A stretch of 64,000 nt of DNA from Methanobacteriota archaeon (GTDB lineage Archaea; Thermoplasmatota; Thermoplasmata; SG8-5; JAGLSY01), in assembly GCA_020697715.1 (NCBI GenBank), contig JAEHCO010000002.1, positions 1 through 64,000 of the forward strand, in the 5' to 3' direction. The notes under the pieces are model-generated. The model was not told where the DNA came from. It made no database searches and saw nothing but the letters and a program-made list of their open reading frames with translations. The translations under genes were made by a program, and so were the position numbers. This document shows, piece after piece, positions 29,061-39,434 of this stretch (its first letter is position 1; each line of letters opens with the position of its first letter).

Positions 29061-30341
29061 CTATTTGTTCAATTCTTCCAGAACTTCCTTCGCTCTGTCT
29101 ATTCTGACATTCTTTTCTGCTACGAGAACTGAGACCACCTTGTCTATCATGTCGCCATCTGCACCTGCCATGACTGCGATATTACGGGCGTGGAGGCCCA
29201 TATGTCCTCTCTGGATACCCTCGGTTGCCAGTGCTCTCATTGCCGCGAAGTTCTGGGCAAGTCCAACAGCCGCGACGACCTGTGCCAGCTCGGACGCGCT
29301 CTTGATATCAAGTATCTTGACCGCGATCTTCGCAGTCGGATGTACGGCAGTGGCTCCTCCGATAAGACCCACTGCCATTGGAATTTCTATTCTGCCGACG
29401 AGATCACCATTCTCATTCTTCTCATAACTTGTAAGTGGCTTGTATCCGCCATGCTTCCAGGAGGCATAAGCATGCGCGCCAGCCTCTATCGCCCTGAAAT
29501 CATTTCCAGTGGCCAAGATGACCGCGTCGATACCGTTCATTATGCCCTTGTTATGTGTGGCGCATCTGAATGGGTCTGCTTCTGCGAAAGCATAGGCCTC
29601 GATGACACCATCGACTATATTCTCGCCGCCCAGAACTTCCTTTGTCCAGGTAGCCTCTGCAAAAGCCAATCTGTATATTGCCAGATTGGAAAGGATCCTG
29701 AGGTACACCTTTCCTCCAGTGAGCTTCTCGATCTCCGGGGCGATTGCCTCGGCCATGGTATTAACTGCATTAGCCCCCATGGCGTCCAGGCAGTTTACGA
29801 GAAGATGAGAAATGACCATCTTGCCCTTTATCGTATCAATTATTCTGACCTCGATATCACGAGCCCCGCCGCCAAGCTTGACCAGCATTGGATCCTTGGC
29901 ATTGCCCATCTCGAGAAGGCTGGCCTTATTCTCTTCTATGGCGGCCTTCGCGGCTTCCGGGTCATCCATACCTGTAAGTTGTATCTGGCCTATCATGATA
30001 GGGTCTGTTGTCCTTGTTCTGAACCCGCCTGCTGATTTGGACATTCTAGCAGCATTGGAGGCGGCAGCTACGACCGATGGCTCTTCAATTGCCATCGGCA
30101 CCAGCTTATCCGTACCATTGATGACAAAGTTAGTTGCTATACCCATAGTGACTGGCATCGCTCCGACCACATTCTCTATCATGCGGTCTGCCTGATCTGG
30201 CGTGAGGCCTCCAGTGTTCTTGAGGATGGTTATCTCCTCATCACTCAGGCCTGTTGCAGCTTGCAATATGTCCAGTCTCTCATCTATGCTCTTCTTGTAA
30301 AATCCCTTGAAACTTGATTGGTCCATTTTGAATCTCTCCAT
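29061..30341 (-). CDS. mvaA: HMG-CoA reductase, class II
   Basis: MIENVVG, EEPSVVAAAS, DAMGANAVN, ILSNL, THNKGIMNG, GNDFRA, GIQRGHMGLH. Confidence 0.95.
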   Translation of the reverse strand: MERFKMDQSSFKGFYKKSIDERLDILQAATGLSDEEITILKNTGGLTPDQADRMIENVVGAMPVTMGIATNFVINGTDKLVPMAIEEPSVVAAASNAARMSKSAGGFRTRTTDPIMIGQIQLTGMDDPEAAKAAIEENKASLLEMGNAKDPMLVKLGGGARDIEVRIIDTIKGKMVISHLLVNCLDAMGANAVNTMAEAIAPEIEKLTGGKVYLRILSNLAIYRLAFAEATWTKEVLGGENIVDGVIEAYAFAEADPFRCATHNKGIMNGIDAVILATGNDFRAIEAGAHAYASWKHGGYKPLTSYEKNENGDLVGRIEIPMAVGLIGGATAVHPTAKIAVKILDIKSASELAQVVAAVGLAQNFAAMRALATEGIQRGHMGLHARNIAVMAGADGDMIDKVVSVLVAEKNVRIDRAKEVLEELNK

Positions 30342-30485
30342 CCTATTGAATCAGTTACTCTAATACGAGTTGATGGGAGGATAATTACACCGGGTGATAA
30401 AAAACAATCCCCATAAATCATCATTATGCTACTTATGATAGAAACCATAAAAACTACGTATGGTATATCCGACAATGGTGAAGAT

Positions 30486-30662
30486 ATGAATGTTAAGATA
30501 GATATGACAAAAGTGTTAGGATACATATTCTATGGTGTGGGGATCGTAGGTGGAGTGGAGAGTTTTGTAATTGGAGGATCAACTGGCCGGGGGGTGGCAG
30601 CTGTTGCCACTTGCATGATAATCGCCGGCTCCTTATTCCTTGGAATGAGGATTAAGAAATAA
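30486..30662 (+). CDS. Small 2-TM membrane protein
   Basis: GGTGA RBS before the ATG; two hydrophobic segments and a basic C-terminus. Confidence 0.55.
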   Translation: MNVKIDMTKVLGYIFYGVGIVGGVESFVIGGSTGRGVAAVATCMIIAGSLFLGMRIKK

Positions 30663-30727
30663 GCAATTATAGTTACCAATCCAAACCTTTAAAAACATTA
30701 ATCCTTATCTCCTGCTCCCGTGAAATA

Positions 30728-32425
30728 ATGAGCAAAAAAACCAAGTATATTTTCGTCACGGGCGGGGTACTTTCGGGCCTCGGAAAAGGAATAACCGCAT
30801 CATCCATTGGACGTAATCTGAGATCTCGAGGATTGAAGGTCACAGCGATCAAGATAGACCCATATCTCAATTGCGACGCGGGGACAATGAACCCATACCA
30901 GCATGGAGAGGTCTATGTGATGGATGATGGGGGAGAGGTCGATCTCGATCTTGGTAATTATGAGAGATTCCTGGATGTCAATCTGACCAGGGAGAACAAT
31001 ATCACCACCGGTAAAGCCTATCTCACTGTCATAGAAAAAGAGAGACGGGGCGATTATCTTGGAAATACTGTCCAGATCATTCCTCATGTGACCAATGAGA
31101 TAAAGGACCAGATCAAAAGAGTGGCAAAGGCCTCGAAGGCCGATGTGACACTTGTGGAACTTGGTGGGACCGTGGGCGATATCGAGTCCATGCCCTTCAT
31201 GGAAGCTGTTCGGCAATTGCACATGGAGACCTATGCTGATGATTGTCTGTTCATCCACACCACACTGGTTCCGGTCATGGGGGTAGTTGGTGAGCAGAAG
31301 ACAAAGCCGACCCAACATTCTGTCAAAGAACTAAGGGCAATAGGCATTCAGCCAGATATCATAGTTGCCAGGGGCGCGAAGCCATTACGGAAGGAGATCA
31401 CGAAGAAGATATCCTTATTCTGTGATGTTCCAATGGAGGCTGTCGTGAGTGCTCCAGATGCGGAATCCATCTACTATGTTCCAGAGATACTGGAGAAGCA
31501 GGGACTTACTGATTATATCCTTGGGCGGTTCAATATCTACGCGCCTGTCATAAACAGCAAAAAATGGGACAAATTCGTTTACAATCTTGACAATCCCAAG
31601 CACGATGTTGAAATAGCCATCGTGGGCAAGTACACACATCTTCATGATTCATATATGAGCCATCTGGAGGCTCTGAACCACGCGGGTTCAGATTCGAAGA
31701 CCCGTGTAAAGGTGAGATGGGTGGAAGCCACGGACATTGAGAAGAAGGGCGCGGAAAAGCATCTAGGTGGGGTAGATGGTGTTCTGATACCAGGTGGATT
31801 TGGAGAGCGTGGAACCGGCGGAAAGATGATGTCAGCCACCTATGCCAGAGAGAATGGCATACCTTTCCTGGGCGTATGTCTTGGATTTCAGCTGGCCGTT
31901 ATAGAATTTGCCAGAAATGTATTGGACTATGAAGGTGCCAATAGCTCCGAGTTCGACGAGCACACGAAGTATCCGGTCATTGATCTTTTGCCCGAGCAGC
32001 GGAAGATAAAGGACATGGGAGCCACAATGAGACTGGGTGCCAATCCCATAATATTGAAGAAGAATTCTAAGGCCCACGACCTCTACAAGAAATTGAAGAT
32101 CTCGGAAAGGCACAGGCACAGGTATGAGGTGAACCATGAATATATCAAGGCTATCGAAAAGGCTGGCCTTAAATTTACAGGATCGTCTCCGGATGGCAGA
32201 AGGATGGAAGTTGCAGAACTGAAGGGCCATCCATACTATCTGGCCACACAGTTCCACCCTGAATTCAAATCACGACCTGCAAACCCCTCAAAAACACATC
32301 TGGGGCTTGTATTTGCCGCGGTGAAGTATTCGAAGTCAAAGTCAGATACCACAAGCAAGGCGAAAAAGAAGCCAGCTGCCAAGAAAGCGACCACGAAAAA
32401 GAAGGCCAAGGCAAAGAAGAAATAA
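30728..32425 (+). CDS. pyrG: CTP synthase with a Lys/Ala-rich tail
   Basis: [43 protein letters not shown]. Confidence 0.98.
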   Translation: MSKKTKYIFVTGGVLSGLGKGITASSIGRNLRSRGLKVTAIKIDPYLNCDAGTMNPYQHGEVYVMDDGGEVDLDLGNYERFLDVNLTRENNITTGKAYLTVIEKERRGDYLGNTVQIIPHVTNEIKDQIKRVAKASKADVTLVELGGTVGDIESMPFMEAVRQLHMETYADDCLFIHTTLVPVMGVVGEQKTKPTQHSVKELRAIGIQPDIIVARGAKPLRKEITKKISLFCDVPMEAVVSAPDAESIYYVPEILEKQGLTDYILGRFNIYAPVINSKKWDKFVYNLDNPKHDVEIAIVGKYTHLHDSYMSHLEALNHAGSDSKTRVKVRWVEATDIEKKGAEKHLGGVDGVLIPGGFGERGTGGKMMSATYARENGIPFLGVCLGFQLAVIEFARNVLDYEGANSSEFDEHTKYPVIDLLPEQRKIKDMGATMRLGANPIILKKNSKAHDLYKKLKISERHRHRYEVNHEYIKAIEKAGLKFTGSSPDGRRMEVAELKGHPYYLATQFHPEFKSRPANPSKTHLGLVFAAVKYSKSKSDTTSKAKKKPAAKKATTKKKAKAKKK

Positions 32426-32441
32426 CTGAATGTGAACAAAA

Positions 32442-32486
32442 GAAACTCAGGCTCTTTAAATGAGCCTGAGTTCTCCTTTTCATTTT
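32442..32486. terminator. Bidirectional hairpin terminator
   Basis: AACTCAGGCTC..GAGCCTGAGTT between convergent genes. Confidence 0.7.
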
Positions 32487-32502
32487 ACTATATTTATTCC
32501 AT

Positions 32503-33663
32503 TCAATCCAATGCTTGCTTCAATCTATCAATGGCCTTGTTAATGGTATCCAGTGATTTCGCATAGGACAATCTGACATATCCTTCTCCACCAGGTCCGA
32601 AGGCAGTTCCAGACAGCAAAGCTATACCCAATTCATCAAGTGCATAGTCCGCGAACTCGTCACTGGTCATGCCAGTTTCCGTGATATTGGGGAAAGCGTA
32701 GAAAGCGCCCTGTGGATTCACGCATCTTATCTTGCTGATGCTGTTCAGACCTTGCACGATCGCATCCCGGCGCTTGGTGAACTCGGCCATCATCGTCGCT
32801 ATGGAATCCTGAGGGCCATTAAGGGCAGCCACCCCGCCCATCTGGACAAAGCCATTGGTACAGGAATCAATGGTCTGGTGAAGCAATCCTATCTTGCGAG
32901 CGACGTCTTTCGGAGCGACACAGAATCCCAGCCTCCAGCCGGTCATCGCATATGCCTTGGAGAAACCATCCAGTATGATCGTTCTCTCTTTGCACTCATC
33001 TCTCACAGATGGGCTGAAATGCTCCCGATCATACAGCATTTTACCATATATCTCATCTGATAGGAGGTAAATATCATGCTCCTCGGCTATATCGGCCACT
33101 TCCTCTATCTCGGATCTGGTCATCACGCCGCCAGTGGGGTTGGAGGGCGAGTTCATGAGTATCAATCTGGTATCTGGAGTTATCTGCGCCCTGATATCAT
33201 CTGGATTCATTCTGAACTCGTTCTCTTCATGTAATTGTACCCGTTGAGCATCGATATTGAAGTATTTTATAGCTGAATAATATGATAAGAACCCAGGATC
33301 CTGGACGATCATCTTTCCACCAGTTCCAACAAGCGTAGCCATGGCATAGTAGATAATTGGATTTGCACCACTGGTCACAACTATCTGATCCGTATCCGGC
33401 CTGTATCCCTTTGTCCTTTCGAACTCGTCGCATATAGCCTCCCTCAGCTCGATAATTCCAGCTGAGTTGACATAATGTGTGAAGCCATCGTCCAGGGCAT
33501 CCTTAGCGGCCTGGCCAATATGCGCGGGTGTGTCAAAATCCGGCTCCCCTATCTCAAAATGCAGGATGTCCTCACCCTGTTTTTCCAGTTCCTGCGCCCT
33601 GGCCAGTACATTGAATGCGGCCTGGCCTGTAAGTCTGTTCGCGTGGTCTGTGAATTCCTTCAT
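32503..33663 (-). CDS. PLP-dependent aminotransferase class I/II (aspartate aminotransferase-like)
   Basis: GEPDFDTP, NSPSNPTG, SDEIY, GFSKAYAMTGWRLG. Confidence 0.93.
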   Translation of the reverse strand: MKEFTDHANRLTGQAAFNVLARAQELEKQGEDILHFEIGEPDFDTPAHIGQAAKDALDDGFTHYVNSAGIIELREAICDEFERTKGYRPDTDQIVVTSGANPIIYYAMATLVGTGGKMIVQDPGFLSYYSAIKYFNIDAQRVQLHEENEFRMNPDDIRAQITPDTRLILMNSPSNPTGGVMTRSEIEEVADIAEEHDIYLLSDEIYGKMLYDREHFSPSVRDECKERTIILDGFSKAYAMTGWRLGFCVAPKDVARKIGLLHQTIDSCTNGFVQMGGVAALNGPQDSIATMMAEFTKRRDAIVQGLNSISKIRCVNPQGAFYAFPNITETGMTSDEFADYALDELGIALLSGTAFGPGGEGYVRLSYAKSLDTINKAIDRLKQALD

Positions 33664-33727
33664 ACTTCCAACTCTCCTTTCACTATGTTAAGGCGATTGG
33701 ATATTCTATTCCTCTGCATAATATTTT

Positions 33728-34075
33728 CTAGGCCTTTGATGGGAACCAACATCGAAGCCCCTTCTTTGAGACATCGATACTGAATAATCCAATGCCGACG
33801 AATATCGGGATGTATAATAATGTGATCCAGGCAGCTGGCTCCACCATGTAGGGCCCGATCCCACCATATCCCCAAAATCTATTTGGAAGTTCTGTAGATC
33901 TCCATTCCATGCCATTCAGGATCATGTCCATCAGGGAATGATATCCATATCCTGCTTCTCTTCCATCAATTGCATCTGTATATGTGCAGGGATATACCGG
34001 AAGATAAAGGGCTGCCAGAGCCATACCTATCACTATTCCCAAAGCCACGATCTTGTTAGTTTTATCCACATCCAT
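33728..34075 (-). CDS. Hypothetical 2-TM membrane protein
   Basis: GGTGTGA RBS; two hydrophobic stretches. Confidence 0.6.
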   Translation of the reverse strand: MDVDKTNKIVALGIVIGMALAALYLPVYPCTYTDAIDGREAGYGYHSLMDMILNGMEWRSTELPNRFWGYGGIGPYMVEPAAWITLLYIPIFVGIGLFSIDVSKKGLRCWFPSKA

Positions 34076-34087
34076 TTGATCACACCA

Positions 34088-34180
34088 TTAGAATACATGG
34101 CCGAAGAAACGTGCAGAGAACTTTCTCCTCACCTTCTCGATCATATCCTTTTCCTTTTTCTTTCTCCAGGCATCTTTCAC
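34088..34180 (-). CDS. Putative 30-aa basic small protein
   Basis: GGTGAT RBS then GTG: MKDAWRKKKEKDMIEKVRRKFSARFFGHVF; its stop lies just before the RBS of the next gene; BRE/TATA at ~34247-34262. Confidence 0.5.
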   Translation of the reverse strand: MKDAWRKKKEKDMIEKVRRKFSARFFGHVF

Positions 34181-34449
34181 ATTATCACCGATATAAAAAT
34201 ATGCCAGCAGGGGTTTAAAAGGACATTGGTACACGATTTTGTGTAATATTTAAGTCGTTCGGTACAGTCTTTTGTATTTACTTAATGGATTATGGCAGAT
34301 ATATAGCATATATTTCTCCCACCTGGCTGCCACCCTCACCTTGAATTCTCATTGAATACACCCACCCTCGAATTATGATATGCGATGCCCCTATCGGTCT
34401 CCTCTTCTATGTGATAAAATATTTATCCTATTGCTTTCTCCTTGGTGTG

Positions 34450-35385
34450 ATGGCAGATGTCACAGGGGTAATCGGGGAGATCATCAAGTTCCAGAAGGAC
34501 GACGAAGTGGATCAATTCACTGTGAAGAAATTGAATTCCGCATATTACGAGCACAGGGCTATTCAACGGACACCACTGGCCGAGCTCCGATGGGTCGTCA
34601 ATGGCAATAAAAGACTTTCCCTGCTTGAATCCTTTCTCGAGTTCGAAGAACTTCGGACACTGGAGATACATTTCTTCAAGCCCAATATGAAGCAGAATTG
34701 GGATTACGATGTTCCCACCAAGAAGGTCGTGCTGCTCGGACATGGCCTTGGAGGCGTGGAGACCTTTCATTACGATTCCCTCAAACTGAATAAATGGGAT
34801 CTGAGCCAGGGCGTTAAAAGGTCCAAGGTGATGATCCGTGGTTTCATTTCCAATTTCTATTATCCAATGTCCATCAAGACCAAGCTCAAGGACGACCAGG
34901 ATGCTCTCAATCGAATTTTCATCCCCGAGCTTATGACCCTGGAGAATATCTGGCAGATCGTCAGGACCACGGGCGTCGTTCCCTTCACCCTACACCTTTG
35001 TCTTTACACCCAGACGGAGCGAATAACCTATTATCTCGATCTTGTGAACAATCAGCTTATCAAGGATTTCCGAAGTGGTGTTATATCGGTGAAGGAGAAG
35101 GCCAATAGAAGTTCCATGGACAATTATAACTTCGATAGAGTACTGGCATCCACAGATATGAAGGACAAGGTCAAGAAGGTCTTCATAGCCCTATACGATA
35201 TGAATCACGCCACTGCCTCTGATATATCTTTCAGTTTTGGAATGACGGACAATATGGCTCGAAATTGTCTTGAGGCATTGGTCACCAGGGGTTTTGCCAG
35301 CAAAGAAGGTGTTTCTCCTAGGGAAGTATACGAGATAAATTCCCTGGATCTGGAGGAAGCAGTTGCTAAAATGGATGAGAAGTGA
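34450..35385 (+). CDS. Hypothetical protein with a C-terminal winged-helix domain
   Basis: GGTGTG before the ATG; C-terminal ATASDIS..FGMT..MARNCLEALV.RGF wHTH pattern. Confidence 0.7.
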   Translation: MADVTGVIGEIIKFQKDDEVDQFTVKKLNSAYYEHRAIQRTPLAELRWVVNGNKRLSLLESFLEFEELRTLEIHFFKPNMKQNWDYDVPTKKVVLLGHGLGGVETFHYDSLKLNKWDLSQGVKRSKVMIRGFISNFYYPMSIKTKLKDDQDALNRIFIPELMTLENIWQIVRTTGVVPFTLHLCLYTQTERITYYLDLVNNQLIKDFRSGVISVKEKANRSSMDNYNFDRVLASTDMKDKVKKVFIALYDMNHATASDISFSFGMTDNMARNCLEALVTRGFASKEGVSPREVYEINSLDLEEAVAKMDEK

Positions 35386-35477
35386 GACTTTTCTAAAGAT
35401 CTGGATACATATTTTGTTTAGATATCTCGGTATCTATCAGATGTCTATCGATCAATCGATCGACCCGATATGCTCTA

Positions 35478-35972
35478 TTATTTTCTATCTTTCTTATCGA
35501 TCAGTGGAGCATTCTTGAACTCTTCTGGCTCTGGTATCTCATCATGATCCTCTGGCTCTCTTCTGTGTCGGCCTGGTTTGAATGACATCTCGATGAACAC
35601 GAACACGCCAACGAACAGGATCGCTACAAGGACCAGGGGCCATTTTGAGCTATCGTCCTCAACCGGAATGACATTTAGATCTCCGGTCTCGATAACCTCT
35701 TCATCAACCTCGAGCTCCCAGGGAACTGTTCCTTCCTTAAGATTGCGTACGGAGGTCACCCAGGTTCCATCCTCTTCCTCCTCAAAAGCTTGAAAATGCT
35801 CCACACCATCTTCCCAAAAATAAATACCAACTGATACTGCATTTTCATGTGGCTGGAAGGTTATGATTATGGTCATGGGTTCCCCCACATGGATGACATT
35901 TGGTATGTCCACAACTGGCTCGCACATACCTCGATCTGCCATCAATGGAATAAAGGAGCAGATGATGATCAT
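35478..35972 (-). CDS. Hypothetical protein with an Ig-like domain and C-terminal TM
   Basis: Hydrophobic N-terminus, acidic beta-rich domain, TM; directly downstream of MBF1. Confidence 0.6.
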   Translation of the reverse strand: MIIICSFIPLMADRGMCEPVVDIPNVIHVGEPMTIIITFQPHENAVSVGIYFWEDGVEHFQAFEEEEDGTWVTSVRNLKEGTVPWELEVDEEVIETGDLNVIPVEDDSSKWPLVLVAILFVGVFVFIEMSFKPGRHRREPEDHDEIPEPEEFKNAPLIDKKDRK

Positions 35973-35980
35973 CAGGATGC

Positions 35981-36472
35981 CTATTCGTATTTTATGAAAT
36001 CTCCGAGGGTCATACTTCGTTTGAAGGCCTCCTTCTCTGTTCCAACTTCCACTTCTTCAATGGAATCTTTAAGTGATATCCCAAGTGCTCTCTCGAGAGT
36101 GCTTACTAGTTTATCACTTGGTCTGATATCCTGATTCTCCACCTTGATTATGATGCTCTTCTTCTCATTGATCTTCTTTGCCAGTTCATCCTGGCTCATG
36201 CCCATTTGTCTTCTTTTATCTCTGACCCTGGCACCATAATCATCCGCGATGATCTTCTCCGAACCTTGATTGTAAATATCCCTGGATCCCATTCTTCGGC
36301 TTCTTTGCTGCAACCGATCTGCTATTGGAGTGGATATCACCCTTCCTGTATCGGTCTTCACCACGGTCTCTCCAACAGCGAATTTTTGACAGCCTTCACA
36401 GACGTTCAAGGGTGCTCCTTCAACCATCATAAGCTTTGTTCTGACCTCTTTACCACACATTTCACAGACCAT
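35981..36472 (-). CDS. mbf1: Archaeal multiprotein bridging factor aMBF1
   Basis: CEMCG..VC.GC zinc ribbon, HTH_3 domain, TLGD motif; adjacent to pan. Confidence 0.93.
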   Translation of the reverse strand: MVCEMCGKEVRTKLMMVEGAPLNVCEGCQKFAVGETVVKTDTGRVISTPIADRLQQRSRRMGSRDIYNQGSEKIIADDYGARVRDKRRQMGMSQDELAKKINEKKSIIIKVENQDIRPSDKLVSTLERALGISLKDSIEEVEVGTEKEAFKRSMTLGDFIKYE

Positions 36473-36581
36473 GAATATTTCCTCCAATCAGACATTTCAA
36501 CGGTAAACCATAAATAGGCCTAGGGGAATATATATTTAGCGATGGGATGCTGGACAGCATCTTCTGCATCGAGGTGCATAA

Positions 36582-37805
36582 ATGGATGACGAAAATGATG
36601 AGATAGAAGAATTCTCAGAAGCCCTTTCCAAGCGGATAGCCACACTTGAAGAGATGAATGAAAGGCTATTGGACGAAGCCAAGGAAAATGAGGGTGAAAA
36701 GCGATACATCCAGAATGAAATGGGACGGTTGCAGAAGGAGATACAGAGAATTAAATTCGAGCTGGACAGGATGAAGACCCCGCCCATGATAATCGGAACC
36801 ATCAAGGATGTTCTAACCGATGGCCGGGTGGTCGTGAAATCCAGTACTGGCCCAGATTTTATTGTAAATATCGCGGAATATATAACCTCCGAGAACGTGG
36901 TAGTTGGTTCCCGGGTTGCACTTAATAAACAAAGCCTCGCGGTAGTTGGTGTCCTACCTCAATCCATAGACCCCATAATAACAGGTGGGGAGGTCATCGA
37001 GAGGCCTGAGATAAGCTATGAAGATATAGGAGGTCTAGATGATCAGATCAGGGAGATCAGGGAGTCCATTGAGGACCCTCTTTTGAAACCCGCTCTTTAT
37101 GCCAAGGTGGGCATCGAGCCTCCCAATGGTGTTCTGCTTGTTGGACCGCCAGGAACGGGTAAGACCTTGCTTGCCAAAGCAGCGGCTCATGAGACAAATG
37201 CGACTTTCATCAAGTTTGTAGGATCTGAACTTGTCCAGAAGTATATTGGAGAAGGTGCTAGATTGGTAAGAGAGCTCTTTGAGATGGCAAGGGAAAAGGC
37301 TCCTGCCATCGTGTTCATCGATGAGTTGGATTCTGTTGGAGCCAAAAGATTGGAGGTCGCAACCTCCGGTGATAGAGAAGTGCAGAGAACCCTGATGCAA
37401 TTACTGTCGGAACTGGACGGCTTCGATTCCCTGGAAAATGTCAAGATCATAGGCGCGACAAATAGGCCGGATATCCTGGACGACGCATTGCTGAGACCTG
37501 GAAGATTTGACAGGATAATCGAGATATCACCACCCACCTTCCAGGGCAGGATGGAAATATTCCAGATCCACACTCGAAAGATGAGCCTTGCTAAAGGCAA
37601 GGAAGCTGTTATTTATGAGGAACTTGCTTCAAAATCAGCTGGAGCAAGTGGAGCCGAGATAAAGGCCATCTGTACCGAGGCCGGTATATTCGCTATCCGC
37701 AGTAATAGATCCCGAGTGAGGATGTCGGATTTCCTGCAGGCCATAGACAAGGTTGTTACCGAGGACGAGAATCATAGTGAGGAAACGCAGAAGATGTTCG
37801 CGTAA
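36582..37805 (+). CDS. pan: Proteasome-activating nucleotidase
   Basis: Coiled coil, OB domain (KSSTGP), GPPGTGKT, QKYIGEG, DREVQRT, RPGRFDR, C-terminal MFA (HbYX-like). Confidence 0.96.
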   Translation: MDDENDEIEEFSEALSKRIATLEEMNERLLDEAKENEGEKRYIQNEMGRLQKEIQRIKFELDRMKTPPMIIGTIKDVLTDGRVVVKSSTGPDFIVNIAEYITSENVVVGSRVALNKQSLAVVGVLPQSIDPIITGGEVIERPEISYEDIGGLDDQIREIRESIEDPLLKPALYAKVGIEPPNGVLLVGPPGTGKTLLAKAAAHETNATFIKFVGSELVQKYIGEGARLVRELFEMAREKAPAIVFIDELDSVGAKRLEVATSGDREVQRTLMQLLSELDGFDSLENVKIIGATNRPDILDDALLRPGRFDRIIEISPPTFQGRMEIFQIHTRKMSLAKGKEAVIYEELASKSAGASGAEIKAICTEAGIFAIRSNRSRVRMSDFLQAIDKVVTEDENHSEETQKMFA

Positions 37806-37820
37806 GCCTTTTCTTTCATT

Positions 37821-38030
37821 TCTCGCTGTGCTGGCTCATTCTCCAAAGAAAAGTATTACAGTGCAAAAGAAACTCGAATGAGCCTGCTCGCTCGAAAATC
37901 TTATGATCCATTGCTGCATGATAGCATTATACAGTATTGTGAGAAAAACTCGCCGTAAGCTCAGCTTGGCTGAGATTCAACCTGCTCGCTCGGCGATACT
38001 TATGCTCTATTGATGCGTGATAGCCTTTAG
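37821..38030. repeat. Imperfect tandem and inverted repeat element downstream of pan
   Basis: ~50-nt imperfect direct repeat at 37883-37931 and 37981-38030; inverted pair GGCTCATTC (37833-37841) / GAATGAGCC (37876-37884). Confidence 0.7.
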
Positions 38031-38065
38031 GAATGGTCAAAAAAAGAAAATTTACCCTGGGTATT

Positions 38066-38587
38066 TCAGACCAGGGCATTTGGACCACATTCTCTTATGA
38101 TATCATCAAGCGCGATCTCCAATTCGATCTCATCCAGAAGATTGATCTCCACCTCTGGCTCATCACATTCCGAGTACACCTTCCATTCCATTGCATAATA
38201 GAAGCAATTGAAAAGCGTGACAGCCAGTATCAGTATCATATACTTTTCAAGGTGCAGCGAGAATTCATAAGGCCCCCAATCCTGGGTCATCACCATGCTT
38301 CCTCCAAGGAAAGCCAGGATCCACAGTAGTGCTGTGAATACATAGACGAGGTTCAATGCTAGTCTCCTTACATCTCCCATTGGATAGCGGATGCTTAGCT
38401 GGGATATGATCACCATGACCACGGCAAAGGGAATTATGGCCCAGATGATCTGCGTGTACCTTTCCTCCGATAGCTCGGGATAGCTCTCCATAATCATGTA
38501 AATGGCCATGACCGGCATTATCAGGTAGAATATCACCGCGAATACGGCCTTGACAGAAATTCTTCTTCCAGTGTCCTCAGGCAACAT
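38066..38587 (-). CDS. Hypothetical 4-TM membrane protein
   Basis: Four hydrophobic segments and an acidic tail; overlaps the upstream gene by 11 nt. Confidence 0.65.
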   Translation of the reverse strand: MLPEDTGRRISVKAVFAVIFYLIMPVMAIYMIMESYPELSEERYTQIIWAIIPFAVVMVIISQLSIRYPMGDVRRLALNLVYVFTALLWILAFLGGSMVMTQDWGPYEFSLHLEKYMILILAVTLFNCFYYAMEWKVYSECDEPEVEINLLDEIELEIALDDIIRECGPNALV

Positions 38588-39434
38588 AGTGGAAGTTCAC
38601 CTCCTTGAGATCGACGGATATCATCGCATCATACAATTCGATGCCCAATATGAAGGATAATCCAATATCCCCAGTTTCTCCGATGGGCCCAGATAAGAAA
38701 CACGCGATCTCCAATGAGCTATTGTCGATGTTCAGAACATCTAATATGAATTCGGTTCCGTTCCCGAATCCCAATTCGATCTCATCGCTATATCCAAGCA
38801 TGTCCATGAATACTGGTTCAAGTGAATCGATCCCCTGATCAACTCCACTCTCAGCTATATCCAGTAGAACTCCCAGATTGGACATGATATTATCCTCGTC
38901 CACTGCATCTTTCAAGGGTGCGGACCACGGGTATTCTATTACCTCATCCACGGTCATGTGCACTAGACCAAGCATGTAATCCGCGTCTATATCGACATAA
39001 AGACTTACCGTGTCATCCATTGTGAGGAATTCGAACCAGCCTGCCAGTCCAAATGTATCCACTGGCAGTTCCACTATTATGTCAAATGTTCTCTCGCCTC
39101 CACGTATTATTGCCAGATCTTCCTTATTGAATTCTATCAATCTAACGCCTTGCGAGTTCTCCAACCATGCCCTGACTCCCAGGTTGTCGATATCATAAGC
39201 TCCCTTGTTACTGACACTGAAATTGCTCATAAATAAAAGCTTCTGGCCAACCGGGTCTATGGCCCAGTTAAAGCTCTCTTCATCCGGTATCTCAAATTCT
39301 ATCCCATGCATTGTCACTGTTATCAAATTCAGGAAGGTCATTGTCGCCACTAGACAACTCAATGTTATCGCGACCATCCTTACGTATGCTAATTCTTTTT
39401 TTCCTATTTTCCTAATCTTTTCGAGTTCATTCAC
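38577..39434 (-). CDS. Hypothetical protein with an N-terminal TM and LEA2/Ig-like extracellular domain
   Basis: AGGAG RBS with GTG start; TM then F.VSN.G.YDI..L.V motif. Confidence 0.65.
   Translation of the reverse strand: MNELEKIRKIGKKELAYVRMVAITLSCLVATMTFLNLITVTMHGIEFEIPDEESFNWAIDPVGQKLLFMSNFSVSNKGAYDIDNLGVRAWLENSQGVRLIEFNKEDLAIIRGGERTFDIIVELPVDTFGLAGWFEFLTMDDTVSLYVDIDADYMLGLVHMTVDEVIEYPWSAPLKDAVDEDNIMSNLGVLLDIAESGVDQGIDSLEPVFMDMLGYSDEIELGFGNGTEFILDVLNIDNSSLEIACFLSGPIGETGDIGLSFILGIELYDAMISVDLKEVNFHYVA

Noticed and set aside
29190-30035. Long antisense ORFs (also 1153-1731, 48227-48871, 57388-58041, 60545-61279)
   Set aside because: Shadow frames of well-supported genes, with no recognisable motifs.
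29061-30341. Class II (bacterial-type) HMG-CoA reductase as a novelty
   Set aside because: Already known in Thermoplasmata and Archaeoglobus.
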